Source of the DNA: the human T2T-CHM13v2.0 reference genome, Homo sapiens
Assembly (NCBI RefSeq): GCF_009914755.1
Contig: NC_060925.1
Strand: one strand, 5' to 3'
Length of the DNA stretch: 64,000 nt
A model generated the notes under the pieces. The model ran no database searches. It saw nothing but the letters and a program-made list of their open reading frames with translations, and was not told the DNA's origin. The number at the start of each line of letters is the position of its first letter. The first letter of the stretch is position 1. Shown piece by piece: positions 47,213-59,151 of the stretch. The translations under genes were made by a program, and so were the position numbers.

Positions 47213-47348
47213 AGAGGCTGAGGCAGGAGGATCACTTGAGGCCATGAGTTCAAGACTGCAGTGTGCTATGATCATGCCTGTGAATAACCATTGCACCCCA
47301 GCGTGGGTAACACAGTAAGACCCTGTTTCTAAAAAAAAAAAAAAAAAA
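47213..47348 (+). mobile_element. Alu monomer (FRAM/FLAM-like)
   Basis: gaggctgaggcaggaggatcacttgag...A-tail. Confidence 0.8.
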
Positions 47349-48232
47349 TTAAAGTGTTTTGTGCATAAATGAGAATTCTCAGGGCCAAAAATAACTATTA
47401 GCCAACCTAAATTAAGATTAATATTTCACAGGTAATATCTCTAACAGTGTACTAGAGAATGTTAATTACAGACAAAACCAAACCATGGCCTAGATTACCT
47501 TACATTATATTGACTTTCTGATTGACTAAATCATACCTGAATTGGTTAGCTCTAAAGCTTTTGTTATATAATAATTTCTTTTTGCAATAGAATTTGTGAT
47601 AAATCACTTTTTCTTCTGCTTTATTGAATGTTTCTGTGCTGTGTTGATACTACAAAGGCAAAATGTCTTCCCTAGGGCATGATTGACACTCTGAAAAGAT
47701 ACTAAGTTTGGAATCTCAGAAAAACTTCAAGCTGCACTGTCTCACTGTTCTGTACTATTTGTATGAGCAAGGCCAAAGTCAGAGGCATTCCCTTCAGCTA
47801 TATTTTATGTAAGAAATCAAATGTGTAATGCCGTTAGAAAATCCCTCAAATCTACATGTAGGAGTGAGGTTATATGGCTAGAGAGATTTAGGAATGTTGC
47901 CAGACAACAGGTTGAGATACTAAATGAGAGTCTCGATTATTTTAAATAAAATGTTGATGATGCCTTCTTTGGGGAAGCAACAGCATCATAGAAAATTTCT
48001 CACCCATTAAAGCACATCCTAGACTTAGATCACCCACCTACATCATTATGTCTAATTTCCTGCTACAATAGATTCATCATTCTCCTTTGCACAAGTCATA
48101 GAAATCAAGTATTTAGCCTCAGGAAGTGAGAAATTAATTATACCTTTTAACTTTATTTGGTGATACATAATTTATTTTAGAACTAAAGCCTTTTTGCAAG
48201 ATGATTTTCATCTTGTATATCATAATATAAAG

Positions 48233-48425
48233 CAGTGGTCCCCAACCTTTTTGGCACCAGGGACTGGTTTTCTGGAAGACAGTTTTTCCATAGCCACATT
48301 GTGGTGGCGTGGTTTCTGGATGACACTGTTTCCACCTCAGATCGTGCTCTATGAGAATCTAATGCCGCCACTGATCTAACAGGAGGCAGGCCTCAGGCTG
48401 TAATGCCCACCACTCACCTCCTGTT
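48233..48425. mobile_element. MER1-type hAT-Charlie fragment
   Basis: cagtggtccccaacctttttggcaccagggactggttt...tatgagaatctaatgccgcc. Confidence 0.8.
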
Positions 48426-48842
48426 GTTAATGCTTTAATCACTTCAGCTAGTTTGTCCTTTGAACAGAGGTAGTTTAAAATCAGCAGTCTTCATTAAAGA
48501 CAAAATTATTGGATTTATCAAATATGTCTAGGTAAATGAAATAAACTGGTGATTTCAAGACAGGAACATGACTCTAATTCATTAGACAGTTATTAGCTGT
48601 CTTCTACCCCTGCTTGTGCCCATTAAATTAGACATTTCAGTCTTTTAGGCTCTTCAAAATTAAAAATAAACTACAATTGGTATCAATATAGCACTGTGTT
48701 TGAGGAAAAAAATTCAGTGAAGGGCTATACTTTTTCCTGGTGGGTTGTAGGAAAATGATAGACTTTTGATGTGTTATTTGGCTTCTCCAGGATGATGTTA
48801 ATGTTTTCATTCCTGCCTGTTTTGGGGGGTTTTTGTCTGTAG

Positions 48843-49153
48843 CTCTTGCTTCTGGTGGCTCTCTTCCAATAACATCACTTGATGCAACTGGGAACCTGGT
48901 ATTTGCCAATGCGGGAGGAGCCCCCAACATCGTGACTGCCCCTCTGTTCCTGAACCCTCAGAACCTCTCTCTGCTCACCAGCAACCCTGTTAGCTTGGTC
49001 TCTGCCGCCGCAGCATCTGCAGGGAACTCTGCACCTGTAGCCAGCCTTCACGCCACCTCCACCTCTGCTGAGTCCATCCAGAACTCTCTCTTCACAGTGG
49101 CCTCTGCCAGCGGGGCTGCGTCCACCACCACCACCGCCTCCAAGGCACAGTGA
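48843..49153 (+). CDS. POU2F1: POU2F1 last coding exon, (A)LASGGSLP...TTASKAQ*
   Basis: ctgtag|CTCTTG...GCACAG TGA. Confidence 0.97.
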
Positions 49154-49220
49154 GCTGGGCAGAGCTGGGCTGCCAGAAGCCTTTTTCACTCTGCAGTGTG
49201 ATTGGACTGCCAGCCAGGTT

Positions 49221-49376
49221 AATAAACTGAAAAATGTGATTGGCTTCCTCTCGCCGTGTTGTGAGGGCAAAGGAGAGAAGGGAGAAAAAAAAAAAAAAAC
49301 CACACACACCCATACACACATACCAGAAAAAGAAAGAAAGGATGGAGACGGAACATTTGCCTAATTTTGTAATAAA
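49221..49376 (+). terminator. Proximal polyadenylation signals AATAAA (49221, 49371)
   Basis: Two canonical hexamers 68 and 218 nt after the stop codon. Confidence 0.45.
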
Positions 49377-49391
49377 ACACTGTCTTTTCAG

Positions 49392-49432
49392 GATTGCTTC
49401 ATGGATTGGAGAACTTTCTAACCAAAAATTAA
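49392..49432 (+). CDS. POU2F1: Alternative terminal coding segment (Oct-1B-type C-terminus GLLHGLENFLTKN*)
   Basis: Branch-like CTAAT at 49361 and tgtcttttcag acceptor ending at 49391; in phase with the preceding exon; peptide matches my recollection of the Oct-1B tail. Confidence 0.7.
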
Positions 49433-52400
49433 AAAAAAAAAAAAAAAAGAAACAAAAAAATCAAAAACAAACAAAAATAAGTGAAAGGACTACTTATCAT
49501 TTCCAGCAGTCATGATGACAAGTTAAGGTGGGTTACCAATTCCAATATAGGAAGGGGATTTCTTGTTTGTCTAAATTTCTTTTTTTCTTAAAAAAAAAAA
49601 ATCATTTTTATGGGTCTGTTGTACAGGCCATTAAGTCATAACAAGGTGTTTATAATCGTATCAATTGTGTTGGGGGTTCCTTTCTTAACTGGTACAATTT
49701 AGGCAGGCCTGTATTACTGTATTATTATTGTTGTTGTTGTTATTGTTTTATATATATAGTTTGGACATGTTTATTATCTCTTGCTCCTGGATCCTATTTC
49801 AGTGAGCTCCCACACTGTGGGGAGGGAGGGTTTTGGGGTAAGGGGAGACTTCTGTTCTTAACTGTGGGGAATGTTCTTGCTGGTTTCCTTATCCTTGATG
49901 ACTCTTACAGAGGTGCTAGAAAATTATTTTCTTTTGCCACTTATGCAAGAGGCTTGGTGCAGAAGCTGAAGGCAGTGTGTGCAAACACTCCCATTCCACA
50001 CACGCCCCTTCCCCTCCCCACATCAGGTGGTGCCTTTGGAGCACTTTTGTGTAGGAAGGAATTCCTGCTGAACTGTAGCTCTCACTCACCCCCAAATCAT
50101 TGAATGACCCTGAGGCCCAGTTCCTGTGGTGCAACAGTGCTGCTTTCTGCTACTTTCAATGGGAACAGCTGTACATGTTGCAGGGCAGGATTTGGTTCCC
50201 AAGAGCAAAGACTACTGCAGACACCTGACTTGGTGGTTCTCCTGATTTCTTATCTCCTGAAAAATGCTCCTGCTGTTGGTGTGTTTGTTTGTTTGTTCCA
50301 TTTTGTGGAAGTTTTTCATCCAAACTTTAACTAACTTGGCAAAGAAAAAAAACTGACTTACTGAAATTGGGAAACTTTTCCCTTCTTTTATTTTCTAAAG
50401 GAATTCTACTAGACTATTTTCCATTGATAATATATACAAAAGAGGTGTGATGAGAAGGGTATAAGGTTACCACCTTTTCCTCTAGAGAGCCACAGACTTC
50501 CTTTCCACTGGATGGTTTATAAATTCCTCTAACCCTGAGATTCTTCTTGGTTCTCTGACTAAAGGAGGCACTTATTAGCCGGGCTGGGATCTGTAGAACC
50601 TTTGAAGAAGGACTTTGAGCAGGAACTTTGCACACACCTTAAGTGTCTCCTTGGTTTGTTCATGATGCTCCTGCTAGGTAGGTCTAAATGGCAATACACA
50701 TCTCTTTATTCAATGTAGAAAGTAATTAGCTCTGTAATTATTTTCAGGGTGTTTGTAGACTATATAAATGAGCCCATTGAAAAGGAAGAGTTTGTGAAAG
50801 TGGATGAAGAGGAATAAGGGTAACTTGGAGATTAAATTCCTTTTTTTGTCAGTGTACTGTTGTTATGCCATCTGTACCAAAAAATTTTCCAAAAGACTGG
50901 ATCACTGCAGTGCAGCTCATCTAAGTTCCCCTTCTTATTGGAGTTAAAGGTTCCCATTTGGTGGCTGTGGGTGCTTGCTTAAATCTCTGGTGGTCCCAAG
51001 ACTGCACTTTTTCTCCCTTTCGAGCTGGGGATGTAGAGAGAACTTACAGGTGATTTTTATTCTGATTGCTTTTGTTTGTGTCCACAAGGGAGCTTGGATT
51101 CTGTGTACTTGTCTCTTTCCCATTGTCCAGTAAGGCAGTAAATACAGACACAATGTGTACTTTTGTGTGTGATTCAAGTGGGAGACAGTCTGTTAAAAGG
51201 TCAGAAACATTTTAGTCCCCTTTAAAATATTTCTTTTAGTTTATTTCTATCGTGTTTTATTTCACAGATATTTAATTACCACCCCTAAATTTCCTCCTCT
51301 TACCCTTCACCTTCCCTAAAATCCTTCCAAAATCAGTGAACTGCAAGCAGGGAAACTAACAAATGTCCATTCACCCTTTTTGTGTGGTGTGTTTTTTTAT
51401 GTTTTGTTTTGTTTTTTAACTAAGCTTGAACCAAAGTCAATTTTTAGCAAGCTGCTGTACTAATGGACTAGTTGATAACGTGCAGTTCAGACACATCGAG
51501 GAGATAGATGCTACTGACAATTTCTTTTTCATTTGTCTTTATTAATTTTATATGAAAGTTGCTGCTTGTTTTTAATCTTTTATGTTGGTAAATTGTGATA
51601 TCCTCTGGGCAGACATTAACTTGATGTTTAACTAGTTTATTAGGTTGGTGTGTAAATAGAATGACAATGTCAATTACTAATTTCTCTCCTCTCCATTCAC
51701 TTTTTCTCTGTTGTAGTTAAATTTAATCTTCTATCCTGACTTGACATCTCTACCTTTAGTCTGTGGAAATGATTTTAGGGCTATCAGTAATGCTGTAGCT
51801 GCCCATAATAATGAGTCCCTCCCTTGGGAGTGGTGAAACTTAGAAGGAAGGATTCAGGGAGGGAAATGCTGGTACCCAGTATACTGGATTAGAAGTTATA
51901 GCATTAATTTCTCAAAATTGCTACCAAAGGAAGTGTGGAGTCCCAAGGGACTCAAGCTCAGTGAGGTAAGACAAAGGGCAAGGAAAGGCTGTTTGGGTGG
52001 TTTTTTTTTCCCCACATATGGTTTAGAAAATGATCCCTTTCCCAAACAAAACTCACCAACAGACTTTAATATTAGAAAAGATACTAAGCTTTAAATGTCA
52101 ATACAGTGGTCTTTTATTCCCTGCCCTGTCTATATTTTCTACTCAATTTGGGATAAGGGGATTTTATGTGAAGCACTTGATGAGGGTAGACCAGCATAAA
52201 AAATCTGTTTAAAAGAAGAAATAATCTTTAGGAAAAGATAAATCTTTAGATAAAAATAAATTTTTTTCTCTTTTTTTACTTATTTAAAAATAAGTTGTGA
52301 AATGAAAGGTACATTTACACATGTACACACGAAACACTAATATAGCTTTTTGGTGGTTGTTTAGTTTAAAATCAACTCCCTATCCATCATCCCTAGATAT

Positions 52401-53463
52401 TCTACTTATCGTATTGCTTCATGAACACCTTAGTCATTTTTTACTTTACGTATATATTTTTTTATCATCTCAAGAAATGCATTTTGAATTGAATGAACTA
52501 TCTTCTAAGCTAAGATACTCAAATTTAACTTTTAGCCACCTTATATGGGAGAGCCTGGAAACTAAAGGGGACCAGGGACCATTTGACCAAAAGAGGTGTT
52601 TGGTGGAGTTTCTGCATTTCAAAGAAGAAAGGCCAGATAGGTCATCACAATTCATTGTATTATTCTTTTTTTTTCCCCTTAATGTTTATGCAAATTTTAT
52701 TTTATATTTCTGAATTTGGTTAGCACATACTAAGCCAAAGACTATTCTAAATGCATTTATAGTGAATACTATGTATGCCCATGGTAATGGGTCCTCCCTA
52801 AGGAGTGGTGAATGTAATTGTGTGAATCCTGCTTATCACAAGTGGTGCAATTTGGTCATAAACTTTATTTATACCCTGTATACATCTGAATAACAGAGCA
52901 GAAAGACCTAAAAAAGGGCTTCTCACAGGAACAATATTACTATGTTGTTCTAAGAAAAAATAAGTTGAGTGCTGTATTAGTTTAAGTGTTTCTAAAGTTC
53001 TATAGGCAGCATTTTAGAATTAAGAATTGTGTATATCCATTAACTGATATAATTCACATGTCCTTTTATTTGTTATCAGAAAGATCAATACTATCCCAAT
53101 TTATTCAACTTGTTACCCAAGAAATGGAACCAAAGGAATCCAACTTTCATTTTGTGTAGAATCATACCTACTTATACTTAATGCTAGCACTGTAAGAAAT
53201 AAGTCTTTTTTGTTTAAAAAAGGGAAGATAAGATTAAAGATTCTTAGTGAGATCATCTTGCCAATTTGTTGTACATCTCTCATTCATTGTTGGGGGAAAA
53301 AAAAGCACAACTATACCTCTTTAATGTTATTTTCTTCCATTATCCCTCATTTATTTGGAAAGATAAGGGAAACCTTGTCTGTATTATCCAGAAGCACAGA
53401 TATTTGCTTGACACAATATTTAAATTCAGCCCAATCTTTAACATTAAAAAATTTTCTTTTTAA

Positions 53464-53798
<335 letters not shown>

Positions 53799-56700
53799 AT
53801 CCTCATGTCAATTTTTAAAGTGATAAATCCTGATATTATACATTGCAATTAGTGTAGAATAAACTCTTGGCTTATAGAACTCTCTGTTCTTAGTCTAAAG
53901 CTGTTCCCAAACCAGGTCATCCTCATGAAACATTCTTGACCAAGAAAAAAGATAAGGTCATTGAGATAGGAAGACAGAGGAAAAGCCTCTTGCTGTTGTT
54001 TCTTCCCAAGAAAGGAGAAGCCCTGCCAGGGAGAAGTCAGTAGTATTGCTGACTCACTGTATCACTGAGTGTAGGGTGTGGTAGCAAGGAGGAGGCAGGG
54101 GATTCACGCTGACAGGTGGCTCTGGCCTGGCTCTTGGGGGGCCTTCTGAAGACCAGTCTGCAGTTTGAGGAAGGGCCCCAACAATTCATTTGGAGAGCTT
54201 GGCCAAATACTTTCTCATTAAATCAGCACCTAAACTTGATGAACTTAAAGTTTGTTTATTAGAGTTGAAAACATTAAAAGATGACTGATACTAATGGGAG
54301 AAAAATACTAAAGACCCAAAATTTAAAATTTTCCAAAATGGACAAGAATTGATGGGTTAATTTGCTCATAACTGATATGAGTTTGCTTTTATGTGTGTGT
54401 GGAAAGCATTTAATGTGTGATGCTGTTCATAGTCCTGGCTATTTGATGTCATTTTCAGTTTTACAACATTTTGAGGATGACACTTTATAAAATGGTAAAT
54501 CTTTCTCAGCGTTTACAAACTTGGCTTTTGAGAAGGGAAAAATCCTCTTTGCTATTTCTGTAAGAAGAATAACTGAGATCAGCTATTATATAGGTTTGCA
54601 TGGATGGTGTCCACAATACAAATGTAAACTTGGACAGGAATAGGATAAATAAATTGCTTTCATCATAAAGGCCAATCATCCATTTCTTAGTCCAAGGAGA
54701 TTAAATATAAATAGGACACCCCTGAGATTTCCAGTAAGGTATTTGAAAGGATTCCACTGGGAGGGCAGGGAATATATTTTTTCTCAGAGCATCCAGTTTG
54801 TACCCAGTTTTCTATATGGTTTGTGAACTGTAGCTTTTAAAAAAAAATTTTGTAGTTTTCTTCTAACCTTATTCATTAAGTAGTTCCTTGTTTTGGCCCT
54901 TCTACTCTTGGCCTTAGCTAAAAGCAGTAAATGTGAGTGAATTTTATGTTGATTATGTCACCTGGATCTCCTTTCCTTCCCTTCTTTTTCTCATTGAATG
55001 GTGGTACCTTAATTTGGGTAACAGCTAGCTTCTGGCACCTTCATAAAATACCTCAGAATAGCTTAGCATTGTTGCAAAACTGGTTTTAAACTAAAAACCA
55101 AATAAATAAGTGAAAAAATTTTATAAATAGTGGAAATAATTCTAGCTGTAGCATTTAGTTGAACTAATGTTTATTATGATCGATAAACAAGATTGATGCT
55201 GTATGTATTTGGGATCCTGTTTATAGGTTACAATTTATAGGGTTAGGGAGGGTTGGGTGGGGGAAGAGGAGATGTTGATTATGTTAGAAGGAAAACATTG
55301 CTCGTGTGTGTGTTTGTTTTTTCTTATATCTGTCTTGCCAAAGGAAACTTGATTTTCCCTGTGATTGGCTTTGGCCTCTGTGGTCTGGTCTGCAGCAGTG
55401 TGTGGTGGCATGCAGGTAACATATGGGGTGTCCAGTAGGTTCAGGGACCCTGAGGGTGCATTTACATCCCTTCCTATGGTTGCCCATGCCCCCCAGACCC
55501 TGCCAACCTCTCCTAATGATTCATTACCTCTGTACATAGCAAAAGCATAGGCAAAGGATGAATGCGTGAATGCCTGGATGTGCAGTTGAGAAACAGAGGC
55601 AGACATAGACATGCACCAATTAATTTGGAGCCAAGAGGTGAGTGATTGATGTATCTTAAATCTAGGAAAGTTAAAGTGAAACAGGTTCTTTGTGTTGCCC
55701 TCTGTCAAGTTACTGAATGTTGTGCTAATAACACAACACTTTAAAACCTTACTTACTTTTCTCATACCAAGGCTAGTTCTTTCTAGACCAAAAACACAAA
55801 CAGGATAAAAAGCAAACCAAGAAGTTGAAAGCTAACCTGCCCACCTCACCCCTGTGATACAAAGTGTGAACCTTAAGGATTAGTTGTTGGGATTGAGGAG
55901 AGAATTATTCTTGGTGGGAACATGAATGAGAAATGATGCTGGCTTAGGAAAAATCACAAGCCCTTTCTGCCCATACTCTGGGACAAACTTTCTTGGCTCC
56001 CTGAGTTTGGATATAGACTGTATCTCTAGAAAGGCTATTTTTTTAAATAAATGATCCCACAGAACTTAAGTGGGATTTGGTTTAGATACCAAAGACACTG
56101 CTAATGTCATTGCTTATCCTTAAGTTTTCAAAACAGGCAGAGGGAATAGGAGCAAAAAGCCAAAATTTGGAAAAGCTTTACTTTATCTCTTTCCTTCCCT
56201 TTTCCCCTTTTCCCAGTCCCCTGCTTTTTGAAGGAAGTCTTCTTGGTTATCCTGGCTTTGGAAAAGAGATTTATTTTGTTTTGCTCTGCTGGCTCTTTAA
56301 AGATGGATAGTTGCTCAATGTAGCAGTGATGTTCTTGGAATTGCTGAGAAATTTGGGGAGGGCAAAAGATAGGGGTAGAATTTTTTCATTATTTCCCTTT
56401 ATCTAATACTTTTAAATAGAACCAACACAGCCTATATGAGTTCAGGCAATATTTAGATGTGGTATCTCCATCTGTCTCCTGTAAAAGATAAGAATTTTCA
56501 AGAACAGGATTACGTGGAAAACCAAAAGATCTTCCCTTACTCTCCTATAAATGTTTTGTTCCAAATGTTTTTATATATGGGCTCTAGGGAGTCAGGTAGT
56601 TCATTGTTTCGGTGTACTATTGATAGGACACAGAAAGGGAGAGAGGGTAAAGAAATGTATCGCTCTCTGAATATTGCATCAAAAATGATTAGGTTGCAGA

Positions 56701-58381
56701 ACTTCATGAAAGCTTTACTAATAATCTTATTGTTCTGACATTATGTAAAGGTGGTATTAATATTGTATGACTTGTCAAAGTGCTAGATAGGTTTATAAGT
56801 AGGTAGTAGGGATGTTGAAGATTAGAGCACTTGAAACAGAAGTTCTGGGAAAACAAGGTGTGTGTAATGGAACACCACTTTGAGCACAGAAACAAAGGTC
56901 CCTTGGACCTGGTAGGGAAGATGTGATTTATGATTGTTTCTGTGTCCCTGTATCTGCCCACCCTGCACAGGGCTCCACCACCCAGGGCCACCTTCTGGTT
57001 TAAACCCAGGACACTGTCAAAAAGTTAAGACCCCAAAACTAATTTACTGTAAAAAACATTGAGGACTGCTGCAAAGTTTTCCCTTGTTTTCTTTGTGTAC
57101 TTGTTCATCATTGTATAAGTTAGCCACAGCTTCACAAGAGCAGCTTAAGGCTTCTTTCATAAATTGGCAGTGGCATTGAGTTCTCAAACATTATATCCCA
57201 AAGTCTGCAGGCAGACAGCTGGATACAGCGCTGTGTATAAATGAGACGTCCAAACACTTGAGTTTCTTAAGATTGGGATCTCTTTCAAATGAAAAAGGAC
57301 AGAGCCAAGTAGAGAAAAGACTTTGTGCTCCCACCCAGCCTTAATGAGTCTCATGGTCTAAAAGTATAGGAAGAAATGAAATGCACTTTCAGAAGCTAAA
57401 ATGACAGTGTCTGCTACAAAAGGCTGTAGTTGTAGGCAGTCGGGGATGCCATGTCCTTGGTTCCATTCCTGCGTGAGTCTGCAGAAGGCACACACTTTGT
57501 AAGAGTAGAGTGGACTAGTGCCAGCCTGAATAGGTTTAAAACTGCAAACAGTTGGAGAACATGGAACAGGTTGGTGCAGGAAGCCTAAGATTTTGCAATC
57601 ATATTATAACATTGGCTTTTGACAACATAAATGTTGTATCTTCCCTAAGGTCAGGTCGGGGAAAGAAAGACTTCCAGCTTCTTACCTCTGCGTGCATGGG
57701 CACGTGTGCATTGCTCAGTCCGCAGGAGGTCTCACTCCACAGGAAACGCTCTCCTCCCGCATAAGTCTGTACTTCCATCCCCTCATCTGTGGTAGTAGTG
57801 AAGGCTAGGTGAGTAAGCGTGGGCTGTTCTACCCACCAGAAGTCCAGGAGCTGTTGTATACCTCATTTCTAACTCGTGACCGAGTGACTTGCTTTAACTT
57901 TCTCGAAATCCTACAGAGTTGCCAAGTCTGCCCTCCCTCCTCAGTCATGTTAAACTCTGGCCTATAGCATCATGGGACCTGTAGCCTAGGGTGGGACCCC
58001 CTAAAGCCTCTGAATGTCGCTGCTTAAAAGCTACTGCAAACTGAGGGCAAATTGCAATCTTCTATTCCTTTTTGTTGCAAGGGGTCTTCACAGGTCTCTT
58101 AACATCTGCTTTCCCTGCCACCCTGCCTTTAGGGGCTGGCCAGCTATCCACACCCCTAACCCACCCTGTGTTTCTGACAGCTGGCCACACGTCAACTTCT
58201 GTACTTGCCTTTTCCTTGGTGGGGTAGAGGCCAACCCCTTCTCCTCTGAGGCCTCAGGGTTCTGTTTCTTTTCAGGACTTTGGGTAGAAGGGAAGACACC
58301 AAAGGCTCCTTTAAGCTGACTGCTGCATACACATTTCACTTTTTTTCCTTTGACATGACCAAAAATATCCAAATATTTAAG

Positions 58382-58387
58382 TTTATT
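58382..58387 (-). terminator. Poly(A) signal AATAAA for the antisense CD247-eta exon
   Basis: TTTATT on + strand ~500 nt past the eta stop; minus-strand downstream U/GU-rich TATTTTTGGTCATGT. Confidence 0.6.
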
Positions 58388-58404
58388 ATTATTATTATTA
58401 TTAT
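58383..58404. repeat. (ATT)n microsatellite
   Basis: ~7 units. Confidence 0.85.
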
Positions 58405-58565
58405 TTGACAATCTTATATCCAATGGGCTCTCTAGAAGCTGCATCCCCAGCCCTTTCACCTTTTCTTTGAATGTAGTTCCCAACCTTCAATTCCCACCCC
58501 TAATGCTGACAAAAAGCTTAGCCAGGTCATGATACTGCTGCTATAAGCCAGGGGAGGGTGGTTTC

Positions 58566-58598
<33 letters not shown>

Positions 58599-58890
58599 TT
58601 TCCAGCCAAAACCAAAGATTTCTTAATGATTGTATAAACTCAAAACAAACAAAAGAACCAAAGAAAAGGGAAGTCTTCAGCATCAGTCCAGTCTGTGGTG
58701 TCCTGGCACTTAGAAGAGTGAGGCCAGGGAAGGTGGGGCGGGGGGACCCTCTGACTGGATCAGAAAGGGCAGGCAAGCTGCTTACCACCTTCCAGGGTCC
58801 AGCACAGGTGCATGCCCCTAGCTTTGGCCCTCACAAACTTGTGAGCATGCCCTGAAACAAATTGGCATTTCAGATTTTCCAAAACAAAAG

Positions 58891-59151
58891 TCAAAAAACC
58901 CCATCACCACCATCATCCACCCTACACCAACCAGGGTCACTATGGGGACTTAGCACAGGGCCTAGGGAGGGTGGGAGCTGCTGCTGGACTGGCCCGAGGA
59001 CTCCACAGAGTGGGGGACGTTGAAGACACTGGCGCACGATTGGCTGCTCTGCTGGGTGCTTTAACCTCTGGGGCTGGGCGAATGCACGCCACGGTGCCCT
59101 TCTGAGCCTTTTTTTCTTTTCCTGTACTGGAACTGCTTGGAAGTGGCTGTC
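58891..59151 (-). CDS. CD247: CD247 eta alternative terminal exon (CD3-eta C-terminus DSHFQAVPVQEKKKRLRR...DGGDGVF*), antisense to the POU2F1 3' UTR
   Basis: Minus-strand acceptor ttttctcacaaacag|GACAGCCAC, phase 0; 86 codons + stop; begins DSHFQAV like mouse CD3-eta; other mouse-eta motifs lie in neighbouring frames. Confidence 0.85.
   Translation of the reverse strand, partial: DSHFQAVPVQEKKKRLRRAPWRAFAQPQRLKHPAEQPIVRQCLQRPPLCGVLGPVQQQLPPSLGPVLSPHSDPGWCRVDDGGDGVF

Noticed and set aside
48875-49321. Minus-strand ORFs over POU2F1 exons (also 7501-7812 and 45379-45699)
   Set aside because: Shadows of GC-rich coding sequence
49690-49730. Possible human counterpart of the mouse CD3-theta/iota last exon (minus strand AG|GCCTGC)
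   Set aside because: Only a two-codon resemblance to a recalled peptide, and no pyrimidine tract
55235-55765. Longest ORF in the window (176 aa, minus strand)
   Set aside because: No recognisable domain or exon context; likely a chance ORF antisense to the UTR
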